From NCBI GenBank assembly GCA_965199855.1, contig OZ241326.1, positions 96,001 to 160,000 of the forward strand: a stretch of DNA of 64,000 bases. The letters run 5' to 3'. The notes under the pieces were generated by a model that worked only from the letters and a program-made list of their open reading frames with translations, was not told the DNA's origin and did not search any database. This document shows, piece by piece, positions 44,724 through 55,820 of the stretch. This stretch comes from a bacterium. GTDB lineage: Bacteria > UBA8248. The position numbers were made by a program, and so were the translations under genes. Every line of letters starts with the position of its first letter. The stretch's first letter is position 1.

Positions 44724-47611
44724 CCCGCCTTCGCCCCGTCGAGGCGCGCCCTGAGAAAGGCGCCCGTGTGCGAGCGGGGGCTTCGCGCCACCTCCTCGGG
44801 CGTCCCCTCGGCGACGATGCGGCCGCCCGCCTCCCCGCCCTCGGGGCCCAAGTCGATCACCCAGTCCGCCGCGCGAATCACGTCCAGATTGTGCTCGACG
44901 ACGACCACCGTGTTCCCCATTCCCACCAGGCGCGTCAGCACGTTCAGCAGCCGCTCCACGTCCTGAAAGTGCAACCCCGTCGTGGGTTCGTCCATGAGAT
45001 ACATCACCCCCCGGGGGGGGCGGGCGGCGAGCTGGCCCGCTATCTTGAGCCGCTGCGCCTCCCCGCCCGAGAGCGTGCTCACGGGCTGGCCGACGCGCAG
45101 ATAGTTCAGCCCCACGTCGCGCAGGATGAGCAGCTTGTTCAGCACCGGGGGGACGTGGCCGAAGAAGAGCATGGCCTCGTCCACCGTGAGGTTCAGCGCC
45201 TCGTGAACGTTCTTTCCCTTGTATTCGATCTCCATCGTCTGCGGCTTGAAGCGCCTGCCCTCGCAGTCCGGACAGCGGATGAACAGATCCGCCATGAAGT
45301 GCATCTCGATCTTGCGGATGCCGCTTCCCGCGCAGGATTCGCACCGCCCGCCGGGGGCGTTGAAGGAGAAGTGGCCGGGGCCATAGCCCATGCTCCGCGC
45401 CCGGGGCGTTCCGGCGAAGAGGCGGCGAACCGCGTCGTAGGCCTTCAGATAGGTGAGGGGGTTGCTGCGGGGGCTTTTCCCGATGGGGCTCTGATCGAGC
45501 AGGGCGACGGAGGCGAGCGCCTCGAATCCCTCGATGCGGCGGAAGCGGCCGATGGGGCCCTTCCCCTCGTGGAGAATCCGCGCCAGCGCCGGGTAGAGGG
45601 TGCCGCGTATGAGCGTGCTCTTGCCGGAGCCGGAGACGCCCGTGACCGCCGTCAGACGCCCCAGGGGAACGCGGAGGTTCACCCCCTTCAGGTTGTTCTC
45701 CCGCGCCCCCAGCAGGCGGAGGCGGGCGCCGTTGGCCTCCGCCTTCCTCCGCGCCCTCCTCGGGGCGACTTCGCGCTCGCCTCTCAGGAATTTCGCCGTC
45801 GCCGACCTCGCGCACCCGGCCAGCGCCTCCCGGGGCCCCGAGAAGACCACCTCGCCGCCGCGCTCGCCCGCGCCGGGCCCCAGGTCCACGACGTGATCCG
45901 CCTCGTTGATGATGTCGCGGTCGTGCTCGACCACGAGCAGGGTGTTGCCCCGCTCCACCAGCTCCTTGAGGATGCCCGCCAGCCGCGCGTTGTCCCTCGG
46001 ATGCAGCCCGATGGTCGGCTCGTCCAGGATGTAGAGCGTGCCCGTGAGGTGCGCGCCCAGCTGGTTCGCCAGGTTGATGCGCTGGTGCTCGCCGCCGGAG
46101 AGGGTTCTCGTCTCCCGATCCAGGGTGAGGTACTCCAGTCCCGCCTTGTGGAGAAAATCGAGGCGGTCGCGCACCTGCCGCGCGACGTCGCCCGCGCGCG
46201 CGTCCTGCTCCGGCGTCAGCGGCGGGGCGCGGAAATACTCCCGGAGCGCCTTGACCGGCATGGCGCAGATCTCGGAGATGGAGCGTCCCCCCAGCCTGAT
46301 CCGCAGCGCCTCGGGCCGCAGGCGCGCCCCCTTGCAGGCGGGGCAGACCTGCTGGCTCTGGTAGCGCCGGATGAGGACGCGCACCCACACCTTGTATTTC
46401 CTTCTCTTGAGCCGCTCGAAGAACGGACAGACCCCCAGGAGCTCCTCCGAACCCTCGAACACCATCTTCTTCTGGCGGGGCGGCATCTTCTCCCAGGGGA
46501 CGTGGATGTCGAGGCCCTCGCGGGCGGCGGCCTGCTGCAGCTGCCGGCCGAAGTGCCGGCGGTAGCGCGGCCGCGTCCACGGCTCCACCGCGCCCTGGGC
46601 GAGCGTCTTTCCGGGGTCGGGGATGATGAGGGACTCGTCGAGGCTGAGCGTCTTCCCGAACCCGCCGCACTCCGGACACGCCCCGTTCGGGTTGTTGAAG
46701 CTGAAGGTGTGCGGAACGGGCGGCTCGAACGCATGGCCGCAGCATTCGAGCTTCCGGCTGAACCGCAACCGGGGGCCGTCCACGAGCTGGACCTCGGCGA
46801 CGCCGCCTCCCTCCCGGAAGGCCGTCTCCAGCGACTCGCCCAGGCGCGCGCGGTTCCGGGGCGAGATTTTCAGGCGATCCGCCACGACGCGGATCGCGCG
46901 ATGGTTCCGCGTCCCCGCCGCCTTCCGCGCGGGCCTCCCCCGGCGCGGGCGGCCGCGCTTTGCGGCCGGGGGCGGCGCGCACCCCCCGAGCCGCTCGACG
47001 AGGGCGGGGCCGATTTCGAGAATCTCCTCGTCCGCCATGACGCGGACGAAGCCCCGCGCCATCAGCGATCTCAGCTCCTCCTCCAGGCTCTCCGCCTCGC
47101 CCTCGTCCGGCGGCAGGGGGAACAGGATGAAGCCCCGCGCGTCCGCGTAGGCGTCCAGCAGAAGCGAGACCACGCCGTCCACCGTGGCGGGGGCGACCTC
47201 GCCGCCGCAGTCGGGGCAGTGAATCTTCCCGGCCCTGGCGAAGAGCAGGCGGAGGTAGTCGTAAATCTCGGAAGCCGTGCCCACCGTGGAGCGCGAGTGG
47301 TTCACCGGATTGTATTGCTCGATGGCGATGGCGGGGCTGATGCCCTCGATGCAGTCCACGTCGGGCTTGTCCACCCGCTCCAGGAACTGCCGCGCGTAGG
47401 TGGAGAGGCTCTCCACGTAGCGGCGGTGGCCCTCCGCGTAGATGGTGTCGAACGCCAGGGAGGATTTTCCCGATCCGCTCGGCCCGGTGACGACGATGAA
47501 CCGCTCCCTCGGCAGGCGCAGGGAGACGTCCTTGAGGTTGTGCTCCCTTGCGCCCTCGACGCGGATGTCCTCCATGAAGGAGGCGGCGGGGGCGGAATCC
47601 TGCGCGCTCAT
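44720..47611 (-). CDS. uvrA: Excinuclease ABC subunit A
   Basis: Two ABC cassettes GPSGSGKS and [13 protein letters not shown] signatures, Zn fingers, [10 protein letters not shown]. Confidence 0.95.
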   Translation of the reverse strand: MSAQDSAPAASFMEDIRVEGAREHNLKDVSLRLPRERFIVVTGPSGSGKSSLAFDTIYAEGHRRYVESLSTYARQFLERVDKPDVDCIEGISPAIAIEQYNPVNHSRSTVGTASEIYDYLRLLFARAGKIHCPDCGGEVAPATVDGVVSLLLDAYADARGFILFPLPPDEGEAESLEEELRSLMARGFVRVMADEEILEIGPALVERLGGCAPPPAAKRGRPRRGRPARKAAGTRNHRAIRVVADRLKISPRNRARLGESLETAFREGGGVAEVQLVDGPRLRFSRKLECCGHAFEPPVPHTFSFNNPNGACPECGGFGKTLSLDESLIIPDPGKTLAQGAVEPWTRPRYRRHFGRQLQQAAAREGLDIHVPWEKMPPRQKKMVFEGSEELLGVCPFFERLKRRKYKVWVRVLIRRYQSQQVCPACKGARLRPEALRIRLGGRSISEICAMPVKALREYFRAPPLTPEQDARAGDVARQVRDRLDFLHKAGLEYLTLDRETRTLSGGEHQRINLANQLGAHLTGTLYILDEPTIGLHPRDNARLAGILKELVERGNTLLVVEHDRDIINEADHVVDLGPGAGERGGEVVFSGPREALAGCARSATAKFLRGEREVAPRRARRKAEANGARLRLLGARENNLKGVNLRVPLGRLTAVTGVSGSGKSTLIRGTLYPALARILHEGKGPIGRFRRIEGFEALASVALLDQSPIGKSPRSNPLTYLKAYDAVRRLFAGTPRARSMGYGPGHFSFNAPGGRCESCAGSGIRKIEMHFMADLFIRCPDCEGRRFKPQTMEIEYKGKNVHEALNLTVDEAMLFFGHVPPVLNKLLILRDVGLNYLRVGQPVSTLSGGEAQRLKIAGQLAARPPRGVMYLMDEPTTGLHFQDVERLLNVLTRLVGMGNTVVVVEHNLDVIRAADWVIDLGPEGGEAGGRIVAEGTPEEVARSPRSHTGAFLRARLDGAKAG

Positions 47612-47664
47612 GGCTTCCCAGGGCTGAAGGGGACGGCGCGGGCGGCGAAGAAATCAAGCCCGCC

Positions 47665-47693
47665 AGTATGAGCCGCGTCGAGAGGCGCGTCAA
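47665..47693 (-). promoter_or_regulatory. sigma70-like promoter of uvrA
   Basis: Minus strand TTGACG-17-CATACT. Confidence 0.6.
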
Positions 47694-47702
47694 CGGGGGG
47701 CG

Positions 47703-48489
47703 TCAAATCCCCCGCAGCCGCCCGCCGTCCACGGCGAACGCCCCGCCCGATACGTAGCTCGCCTCGGGCGAGGCCAGAAACGCCACCATCGCGCCGAACT
47801 CCTCGGGCGCGCCCAGGCGGCCGAGCGGCGCCTCCCGCCCGGCGCGCGCCGCGGCCTCCTCGAAGGAAATCCCCAGCCGCCGGGCGGCGGCCGCGATTCC
47901 CTCGCGCGCGCGCTCCGTATCGATGACGCCGGGAAGCACGGCGTTGACCAGGATGTTCTCCGGCCCCAGGGCGCAGGAGAGCGACTTCGCCAGGCCGGCC
48001 GCGGCCGGCCGCATGACGTTCGAGAGCAGGAGATCGTCGATGGGCTCGCGCGCCGAGCTCGACAGGATGAACACGATTCTCCCGCCGCCGCGCGCCCGCA
48101 TGTGGGGCAGCGCCTCTCGGACGAGCCGCACCGCGCTCATCACGCCGAAGCTCGAACGCGGCGCGCCAGTCATCGTCGCCGAAATCCTCGAACCTCCCCC
48201 GGGGCGGGCCGCCCGCGTTGGCGACCAGAACGTCCGCGCCGCCGAAGCGGGAGGCGGCCCCGCGCACGAACTTCCGCGCCCCCGCCGCCTCGCTCACGTC
48301 CGCCGCGCAATGCCAGGTCTCCACGCCGGCGCGCGCGGCTATTTCCGCCGCGGCCGCGGCGCAGGCGGCCTCGTCCCGCGAGCAGACGGCCACGCGCGCC
48401 CCCCGCATCGCCAGCCTGAGCGCCGAGGCGCGCCCCAGCCCCCGGCTCGCGGCCGCCACCAGGGCGATTTTTCCCTCCATGTCCCGCAT
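47703..48489 (-). pseudogene. SDR family oxidoreductase, frameshifted near 48150
   Basis: AASRGLG, NAGGPP in one frame; SNVMR, VNAVLPG, VDGG in another; one extra base at GAG-CTT-CGG. Confidence 0.78.
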
Positions 48490-48668
48490 CGGGCTTCCTC
48501 CCTGCCGCTCCCGTCATCGCGCCCGGGACGGCGAAGAAGCGGCGGGCCGCCGCCGCCGCGCTCCCGGCGAATTTCTCCGCCATGACCGCATTCAAGGGCA
48601 TCGGCCGCGCGAGGGCAAGCGGGCGGTTCCTTCTCAGAGGTCCCCGCGGGGCCAAGCGTGGTTCGCCT

Positions 48669-48768
48669 TCGCAGGGGCGACCCCTCCCCAAGGCCGCCCG
48701 TTTCGGATGCTCGCGCGTCGGCGGGAGGCGAACCCGGCGAAGGACAACCCGGGGGGTTGTCCCTGCGA
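48669..48768. repeat. Inverted doublet of GCAG-type REP palindromes
   Basis: GCAGGGGCGACCCCTCCCCAAGGCCGCCC 48671-48699 and GGACAACCCGGGGGGTTGTCCCTGC 48742-48766; same families as at 1351 and 1587/1809. Confidence 0.7.
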
Positions 48769-48872
48769 CCCGCGGCGTCCCCGTAGAGCCACGCATCGCC
48801 CCCCCTGCGGAACCAGCCCGTCCGTCCCCGCGAACGAAACGGGCGGGGGGCGACGCTCATCCCCCGCGCCCG

Positions 48873-50540
48873 TCACGCCCCGGCGGCGCGCTCCCGCTCC
48901 CGCAGGGCGCCGCGCCGTATCTTCCCCGTGGGCGTGAGGGGCAGGCTCTCGATGAACTCCACGGCGCGGGGCCGCTTGTAGGGGGCGATTTGCTCCTTCA
49001 CGAACTCCTGGAGCTCCCGCGCGAGCGCCGCGAGCGCCGCGAGCGCCGCCGGGGCGTCGGCCGCGTCCGCCTCCGCCGGAACGACGAACGCCTTGACGAT
49101 CTCGCCGCGCTCGGGGTTCGGCGAGCCGACCACCGCGCAGGCGCGCACCGCCGGGTGCTCCAGCAGGACGGCCTCCACCTCGAGGCCCGAGACGCCGTAG
49201 CCGCCGGTGTTGATCATGTCGTCGGCGCGCGCCTCGAAGGAGACGCGGCCCTCCCCATCCATGCGGCAGAGGTCTCCCGTGAGGTTCCAGCCGTCGCGCA
49301 CGTAGTTCCTCTGCCGCTCCGCGTCGTCGAGATAGCGGCACCCGGTGGGGCCCTTCACGATGAGCTGCCCCGTCTCGCCGGGGGGCAGGTCGCGCATCGC
49401 CTCGTCCACGACGCGCACCCGGTAGCCCGGCACGGCGCGGCCGATGCTGCCGGGGCGCGCCTCCTCCGCCCCCGCCGAGACGAAGATGTGGAGCAGCTCG
49501 GAGACGCCCAGGCCGTTGATGATCGAAACCCCCGTCCGCTCGCGCCATTCGCGCAGCACGGCGGGGGCGAGCGGCTCCCCTCCCGCGACGCAGGCGCGCA
49601 GGCTGCCCAGGTCGCGCGCCTCGGGGACGTCGAGCATCTGCCGGTAGCCCGAGGGCGTGCTGAAGCACACCGTCGCCCGGTATCGCTCGATGGCCGCCAG
49701 CAGCTCCCGGGGCGTTCCCCGCTCCAGCAGAACCATGGAGCTCCCGAAGCGCAGGGCGTCCGTGACGAAGGCGCAGAACCCGTAGAGAAAGGCGATCTGC
49801 GGACTGCCGCAGACGATATCGTCGGGCCCCAGGCCGAAGAGGCGGCCGGGAAACGCATCCGCGACGGCGAGCAGGTCCCGGTGAAAGTGCATCGTGCCCT
49901 TGGGCGTCCCCGTGGAGCCGGAGGTGAAGCCGATGAGGGCGACGTCGTCCGCCGCCGTGTCCGCGGCCCGGTATTCGGGCGGCGCCTGCGCCATGAGCGC
50001 CTCGAGGCCGTCGGCGCCGCCCCCGCCGAAGCGGACGACGCTCCCGAGGAAGCGGGAGGACTTCGCCGCGGCGAGCAGATCCGCCTCCAGCCGCGCGTCG
50101 CAGATCGCGAACCCGACCCGCGCCTTCTCCGCCACGTAGGCCAGCTCGCGCGCGCGCATGACAGGCATGGTCGGCACCAGGACGCCGCCCGCCTTCAGCA
50201 CGCCCAGGCAGGCGGCCACGAGCATCGGGTGGTTCGAGGCGCGAAGCAGCACGCGGCCCCCGGGCGGGAGGCCCAGCCGATCGGTCATCACCCGGGCGAT
50301 GCGGTCGGCGTTCTCCCGCAGCGCGCGGTAGCTCCAGAGGGTCTCGCCGAAGTATACGGCGGGCCGCTCCCCCCGCGCGCCTTCCGCCATCGCGTCGATG
50401 AGCGCGGCGCCCGCGTTCAGCCGGGGCGGATAGGCCGCCAGCTCCGGCAGGACGCCGTAGTCCATCTCCGGCCACAAGCGTTCGGGCGGAAGGTTCTCCC
50501 GCGCGAAGGCGTCCTCGTGGCCGCTCGGCTCAGCCGGCAT
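48873..50540 (-). CDS. Aromatic acid-CoA ligase (2-aminobenzoate/benzoate-CoA ligase-like)
   Basis: SGHEDAFARENLPP, FTSGSTGTPKGTMHFHRD, GPTGCRYL, APYKRPR. Confidence 0.85.
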   Translation of the reverse strand: MPAEPSGHEDAFARENLPPERLWPEMDYGVLPELAAYPPRLNAGAALIDAMAEGARGERPAVYFGETLWSYRALRENADRIARVMTDRLGLPPGGRVLLRASNHPMLVAACLGVLKAGGVLVPTMPVMRARELAYVAEKARVGFAICDARLEADLLAAAKSSRFLGSVVRFGGGGADGLEALMAQAPPEYRAADTAADDVALIGFTSGSTGTPKGTMHFHRDLLAVADAFPGRLFGLGPDDIVCGSPQIAFLYGFCAFVTDALRFGSSMVLLERGTPRELLAAIERYRATVCFSTPSGYRQMLDVPEARDLGSLRACVAGGEPLAPAVLREWRERTGVSIINGLGVSELLHIFVSAGAEEARPGSIGRAVPGYRVRVVDEAMRDLPPGETGQLIVKGPTGCRYLDDAERQRNYVRDGWNLTGDLCRMDGEGRVSFEARADDMINTGGYGVSGLEVEAVLLEHPAVRACAVVGSPNPERGEIVKAFVVPAEADAADAPAALAALAALARELQEFVKEQIAPYKRPRAVEFIESLPLTPTGKIRRGALRERERAAGA

Positions 50541-51492
50541 TTCGCCTCACCTCCGGCAGGAGCTCCTCCGCCAGCCTCCGCATCTGCGCCTCCTCCGCTT
50601 CCGCGGGCGCCGCCGCCTTGAAGATGACGTGCCGCGCCCCCGCCTCGCCGAACGCGCGCAGCGTCTCCGCGCACCGCTCGACGGAGCCTCGCAGCAGATA
50701 CTTCCGCGCCGCCTCGCCCATGTCCATCCCGTAGCGCGCCGAGAGATTCTCCGCCCCCTCCGAGAGGGCGCGGCGCTCATCGGCGCGCAGGTTGAAGAAC
50801 AGATGAAGCGCGGGCGTCCAGGGCCTTCCCGAATCGCCCGGCGCGCGCCCCTCCCCGGCGGCGAGGCGGCGGATTTCCTCCAGCCCCCGCCGGTAGCGCG
50901 CGGGAGAGAACAGATAGGGAACCCAGCCGTCCCCCAGGAGGGCGGCGCGCCTCCGCGCGGCGGCGCTTCTGCCGCCCACCCATATCGGCGGGCCGCCCGC
51001 GCTCGGGGGCGGGGGGCTCTGCCGCGCCTCCCGGAAGCGGAAGAAGCGCCCCCGGTGGCTCACGGCCTCCCCCGACCACAGCTTGCGCAGAACCTCGACG
51101 GCCTCGTCCGTCCGCGCGCCGCGCTCGGCGCGGGGAACGCCGCAGAGGTCGAACTCCTCCGGCGCCTCGCCGCCGACCCCGATTCCCAGGACGAAGCGCC
51201 CGCCCCCGCTCAGGTAGTCCACGGCGGCCGCGGCCTTGGCGGCGACGGCCGGCCGCCGCAGGGGCAGGAGATAGACCAGGCTGCCCAGGGTGACGCGCGC
51301 GGTGCGGGCCGCGGCGGCGAGGGCGGCCAGGCTCTCCAGATACGCCCCGCGAAACGCCAGATGATCGTCCAGCCAGAAGGAGTCGAAGCCCGCCCGCTCG
51401 ACCTTCTCGGCGAAGGCGAGGAAATCCGCGGGCGAGGGCGCGCCGCCCGGCTGCATTCCGTGGCCGTAGCCGCATTTCATCCCCTCCGTCAC
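50530..51492 (-). CDS. LLM-class flavin-dependent oxidoreductase
   Basis: GFDSFWLDDH, GRFVLGIGVG, PPIWVGG, GDGW. Confidence 0.88.
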   Translation of the reverse strand: MTEGMKCGYGHGMQPGGAPSPADFLAFAEKVERAGFDSFWLDDHLAFRGAYLESLAALAAAARTARVTLGSLVYLLPLRRPAVAAKAAAAVDYLSGGGRFVLGIGVGGEAPEEFDLCGVPRAERGARTDEAVEVLRKLWSGEAVSHRGRFFRFREARQSPPPPSAGGPPIWVGGRSAAARRRAALLGDGWVPYLFSPARYRRGLEEIRRLAAGEGRAPGDSGRPWTPALHLFFNLRADERRALSEGAENLSARYGMDMGEAARKYLLRGSVERCAETLRAFGEAGARHVIFKAAAPAEAEEAQMRRLAEELLPEVRRNAG

Positions 51493-51506
51493 GGCCCCCT
51501 CCCGAA

Positions 51507-53531
51507 TCAGCCCGAGGCGCGCAGGTGAAGATGCCCCAGGGCGCCGCGCCGCGCCGTCCAGCCGGGCGGGACGAGGGTGACGGCGCCGTATTCCTCGATG
51601 ACGGCGGGGCCGGGCATATCCAGGTCGATGGGCAGGGCGTCCCGCCGATAGACCGGGCAATCGACGGCGCCCTCCCCGAAGACGACCCCGCGCCTCTCCG
51701 CCAGCGCGCCCTCGAGCCCCCCCGCCGGCGCCTTCGCCCGCGTCCACTCCAGCTTGTCCGCCACGCCCGAGGCGCGCGTCCGCAGGCTGACGATCTCGAT
51801 CGGCTCCCCGGGGTGGGAATGCCCGTAGCGCCGCTCGTAGCGGGCGTGAAAATCCTCAGCCAGCGCGTCCAGCCAGTCCGCGTCCTCCCGCGCCGGAATC
51901 GTCAGCTCGAACGCCTGCCCGACGTAGCGGACGTCCGCGAAGCGCAGGGTCTGAATCTCGTCCAGGCCGGCCGCGCGCAGACGGCGCTCGCAGGGGGCGG
52001 CCAGCCTCTCGAAGGCGCGCTCCAGGGCGCGCGCGTCCGCGTCCGCAAGCGGGGTGAAATGCGTCCCCACGCTCTCCTGAACGGCGTCCGCCATGAGGAG
52101 GCCCACGGCCGAGAAATTCCCCGGAAGCCTCGGCACGACGACGCTCGGGACGCCCAGCTCCTCCGCGACGAGGGCGGCGTGCAGCGGCCCCGCCCCCCCG
52201 TAGGCGAGCAGGGCGTGCTCCCTCGGGTCGAAGCCGCGCTCGATGGAAATCTCGCGGATGGAGCTCACCATCCTCATTACGGCGACCTCGACGACTCCCC
52301 GCGCCATCGCGGCCGCGCCGCCCACGCCCATCTCCTCCGCCAGCGACGCGAGGGCGCGGCGCGCCCTGTCGGGATGAAGCGCGAGCCCCCCGGCCAGGAG
52401 CGCGCGGGGGCCGATGCGGGAGAGGACGACGTTCGCGTCCGTCACCGTCGGCGCCTCGCCGCCGAAGCCGTAGCACGCGGGGCCCGGGCGCGCCCCCGCG
52501 CTCCTGGGGCCGACGCGGAGCGCGCCGTCCGCGTCCCGCCAGGCGACGCTCCCCCCGCCCGCGCCCACGGTGCTGATCTGGAGATGGGGCGTCCTGAGAG
52601 GATAGGAGGCGACCGCGCCGTCCCGGGCGATGACGGGCCGGCGATCCCGGACGAGGCACACGTCCGTGCTGGTGCCGCCCATGTCGCAGGTGATGAGATG
52701 GTCGATGCCCAGCGCCCCGGCGAGGGCGACGCCGCCCACGACGCCGCCCGCGGGCCCCGAGAGGATGGTCTGCACGGGAAGGCGCGCGGCGCGCTCCGCG
52801 TCCAGCATTCCGCCGTTCGAGGCCATGACGAACAGGGGGGCGCGGACGCCCCTCGCCCGAAGCGCCGCCTCCAGGCGGCTCAGGTAGTTCCGCACCCCGG
52901 GCCCGATGTAGGCGTTGAGCGCCGTCGTCGAGAAGCGCTCGAACTCGCGATGCTCGGGCGCGACCTCGTGCGAGAGGGAGAGATAGGCTTCCGGCCAGAT
53001 TTTCCGCAGGCGCGCCGCCGTCCGCCTCTCGTTCTCCCCGTTCGCGTAGGCGTGCAGATAGCAGACGGCGACGGCCTCGACGCCCAGACGCTTCAGGCGC
53101 GCGGCCTGCGCCTCGACCTCCGCCTCCTCCGCGCGAGCCTCCACGCGCCCGTCCGCCAGGACGCGCTCGCCGATCTCGAAGCGCATCTCGCGGGGGACGA
53201 TCGGCCCGGGCCGGACGAACTTCGCGTCGAACAGGCTGTGGGGGACGAGGCGCTGCGTCCGCCCGATTTCCAGAACGTCGCGGAAGCCGCGCGTCGTCAG
53301 GAGGGCGGCGCGCGCCCCCGCGCCCTCCAGAATCGCGTTGGCGCCGACGGTGGTGCCGTGCGTGATCCGGCCGATCGGGGAGGCGTCCAGACGCGCCAGC
53401 GCCTCGAGGAAGACCTCGTCCTCCCTTCCCCGAATCGTGGGAACCTTGAAGGCTTCCGTCCGCCCCGCGTCCTCATCGTAGAAAACGAGGTCGGTGAAGG
53501 TTCCTCCGGTGTCTATCCCGACGAGACCCAA
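51507..53531 (-). CDS. Hydantoinase A/5-oxoprolinase family subunit
   Basis: GIDTGGTFTD, HGTT, SGPAGG, DMGGTSTD, GAGGGS; start uncertain. Confidence 0.9.
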   Translation of the reverse strand: MGLVGIDTGGTFTDLVFYDEDAGRTEAFKVPTIRGREDEVFLEALARLDASPIGRITHGTTVGANAILEGAGARAALLTTRGFRDVLEIGRTQRLVPHSLFDAKFVRPGPIVPREMRFEIGERVLADGRVEARAEEAEVEAQAARLKRLGVEAVAVCYLHAYANGENERRTAARLRKIWPEAYLSLSHEVAPEHREFERFSTTALNAYIGPGVRNYLSRLEAALRARGVRAPLFVMASNGGMLDAERAARLPVQTILSGPAGGVVGGVALAGALGIDHLITCDMGGTSTDVCLVRDRRPVIARDGAVASYPLRTPHLQISTVGAGGGSVAWRDADGALRVGPRSAGARPGPACYGFGGEAPTVTDANVVLSRIGPRALLAGGLALHPDRARRALASLAEEMGVGGAAAMARGVVEVAVMRMVSSIREISIERGFDPREHALLAYGGAGPLHAALVAEELGVPSVVVPRLPGNFSAVGLLMADAVQESVGTHFTPLADADARALERAFERLAAPCERRLRAAGLDEIQTLRFADVRYVGQAFELTIPAREDADWLDALAEDFHARYERRYGHSHPGEPIEIVSLRTRASGVADKLEWTRAKAPAGGLEGALAERRGVVFGEGAVDCPVYRRDALPIDLDMPGPAVIEEYGAVTLVPPGWTARRGALGHLHLRASG

Positions 53532-53610
53532 CGCGCTGGCCGCCCCCCTGGAACGTCTCTCACGGACGAAAAGCGGCGCGGCGGCCCGGCGGCCGCCCTC
53601 CGGAAAACGC

Positions 53611-55632
53611 TCACGCCCCGATCGCGCAGAGGAGGATTCGCTCCCCCTCCCTCGCGGCGAGCATGGCCATGGCGTCCGCCCCGAGGCCCACGGCGTCCTC
53701 CGGCAGCGCCTCGTCCGGCTCCGCCCACGCGCGCAGGGGCGCCCCCCGCCCGCCGCGCAGCTCGACCAGCGCGCCGCTCTCAAGGCCCCACGCCGCGAGC
53801 GTCGCCGGGTGCGCCCGGCACCGGCGGCGGGAATCTTCCCGATCCTCCCCGCCCCCGCGAACGACGCGCGGCGAAAGCCTCTCCTCGCGGGCGGCGCGCC
53901 GGCGCGCGGCCGTCTCCTCCGCGTTCACGGCGCCCCGACGGACGACGACGGCGTAGTCCTCCCGCGCGCCCGCCTCCGTCACGTAGCCCGCCTCCACGTC
54001 GGCGAGAACCGCCGCGTCCGCGCGATCGAGCGGATCCCCGAAGCCGCCGCCGCCCGAAGTCTCCATGACGAGAACGTCGCCCCGGCGAAGCGGGAAGCCC
54101 GCCGCCTTGCCGGGCGTCGTCGAGGGCGCGAGAATCTCCCCGCCCCGCTCCACGAAAAAGCGGTTGGGCTTTCCCGGCGCGCCGCCGAATATCCCGAACG
54201 GGGGGATGAGGTTCTTGTCCGAGGAGATCGACAGGAGCGCCTCCTCCGCCAGCACCTCCACCTCGCGCCTGAGGCCCAGCCCGCCCCGACGCGCCCCCGC
54301 CCCCCCCGAGTCCGCGCGCAGCGAGAGGCTCCTGACGCGCAGGGGCTGGCTCCGCTCGACCACCTCGACCGACTGGATCGAGGCGAAATCCCCCTCCGTG
54401 AAGTTCCGCGTGGCGCTGTTGCCGTCGCCCTCCCCGAACCCTCCCGTGCCGCCCGCCGGAAACTCGTAGAACAGGAAGGGCGCGCCGCCGCGCGCGCCGC
54501 TCCCGCCGACGCAGACGTGGTTCGACGTCCCCTTCAGGTCGCCCGTCACGGCGTCGGGCGAGAGCGGGGCGAGAGCGCCGATGAGGGCGGAGACCACCGC
54601 GTGGCTCACCTCCATCGAGCCCGCGCAGCTCGCCGGATAGCGCGCCGAGAGCAGGGAGCCCGGCTCCGCCCTGATGACGAGCGGACGAAACGCCCCCTGG
54701 TTGATCGCCCCCCTAGGGTCCAGGAGCGCCTTGACGACGCTGAAGGCCGCGGAGGGGGCCATGGCCGGCCCGACGTTGTAGGCACCCCTCGTCTGCGGGT
54801 CGGTGCCGTGAAAGTCGATGATCAGATCGTCGCCCGATTTCTCCACCCGCGCCCGGACGCGCAGCGGCGCGAGCGAGCGCCCGTCGTGATCCATGAAGTG
54901 CTCATAGACGGACGCCCCCTCGGGCAGGGCGGCGATTCCGCGCCGCATGGCCGCCTCGGCGCGCGCCAGCAGAAGATCCTTCGCGGCGAGCAGCCCCGGC
55001 CAGCCGCGCTTCGCCGCCAGCTCCCCCAGCCGCCTGTGCGCCGTATGGCACGTGGCCAGCATGGCGAAGAAGTCCCCCCGCCGCTCCTCGGGAACGCGCA
55101 CGTTGTGGAGGAGGAGGTCGAAGGCCGCCTGGTTGAGCTCCCCCTTCTCGATGATTCTCAGGATGGGGATGCGCACCCCGTCGTGGAGAATCTCCGTGTT
55201 CTTCCCCGAGATGCTCCCCGGCGTCGTTCCGCCCACGTCGCCCCAGTGGGCGCGGACGACCGGGTGGATGACCGGCTCCGCGCCGTGGAACAGGGGGGCG
55301 ATCATCGCCACGTCGTTCAGGTGCGTCCCCCCGGTGTAGGGGTCGTTGTGGAGGAACACGTCGCCCGGATGGACGTCCTCCCCGAAGCGCTCGCGCATCT
55401 GGGCGACCTCCATCGGCACGGGGAAGATGTGGACGGGGTTGTCCTCCGCCATGGCGACGAGCTGCCCCGCGCCGTCCACGAGCACGCAGGAGAAGTCGCG
55501 CCCCTCGTAGATGATGGAGGAATACGCCGCGCGCGCCATGTTCGCCCGCATCTCGCGGACGACGGCCACGAAGGATTCGTTGATCACCTCGAGGGAGACG
55601 GGGTCTATCTCCGGGACGGGTTCGCGGCTCAT
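53611..55632 (-). CDS. Hydantoinase B/oxoprolinase family subunit with C-terminal extension
   Basis: NDPYTGGTHLND, HWGDVGG, GGGGFGDP. Confidence 0.9.
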   Translation of the reverse strand: MSREPVPEIDPVSLEVINESFVAVVREMRANMARAAYSSIIYEGRDFSCVLVDGAGQLVAMAEDNPVHIFPVPMEVAQMRERFGEDVHPGDVFLHNDPYTGGTHLNDVAMIAPLFHGAEPVIHPVVRAHWGDVGGTTPGSISGKNTEILHDGVRIPILRIIEKGELNQAAFDLLLHNVRVPEERRGDFFAMLATCHTAHRRLGELAAKRGWPGLLAAKDLLLARAEAAMRRGIAALPEGASVYEHFMDHDGRSLAPLRVRARVEKSGDDLIIDFHGTDPQTRGAYNVGPAMAPSAAFSVVKALLDPRGAINQGAFRPLVIRAEPGSLLSARYPASCAGSMEVSHAVVSALIGALAPLSPDAVTGDLKGTSNHVCVGGSGARGGAPFLFYEFPAGGTGGFGEGDGNSATRNFTEGDFASIQSVEVVERSQPLRVRSLSLRADSGGAGARRGGLGLRREVEVLAEEALLSISSDKNLIPPFGIFGGAPGKPNRFFVERGGEILAPSTTPGKAAGFPLRRGDVLVMETSGGGGFGDPLDRADAAVLADVEAGYVTEAGAREDYAVVVRRGAVNAEETAARRRAAREERLSPRVVRGGGEDREDSRRRCRAHPATLAAWGLESGALVELRGGRGAPLRAWAEPDEALPEDAVGLGADAMAMLAAREGERILLCAIGA

Positions 55633-55820
55633 GGATTCCCCGTTCGAGAGAAGGCTGCGGGCGACGGCGCCATTCTAGCCCGAATCCGGGGCCTTCTTCA
55701 TCCCGCGCCCGGAGAAGCCCGCCGCATCCCGCGCAAGGAATCGCCGCGCGTCCCCCCGCGAGGACGCGGGGTTCATGCCTTCGCAGGGGCGGTTCGGGAA
55801 CCGCCCGTTTTGGGGGGAGG

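Noticed and set aside
43557-47693. 1378-aa ORF and other long overlapping ORFs (e.g. 17418..20414, 32847..35627, 60194..63079)
   Set aside because: These are R/G/A/P-rich shadow frames caused by high GC. Where they include a real gene, only the terminal segment has family motifs.
49018-49047. 9-bp tandem repeat in the CoA ligase
   Set aside because: Only three copies encoding an ALA-rich helix; a trivial in-frame slippage.
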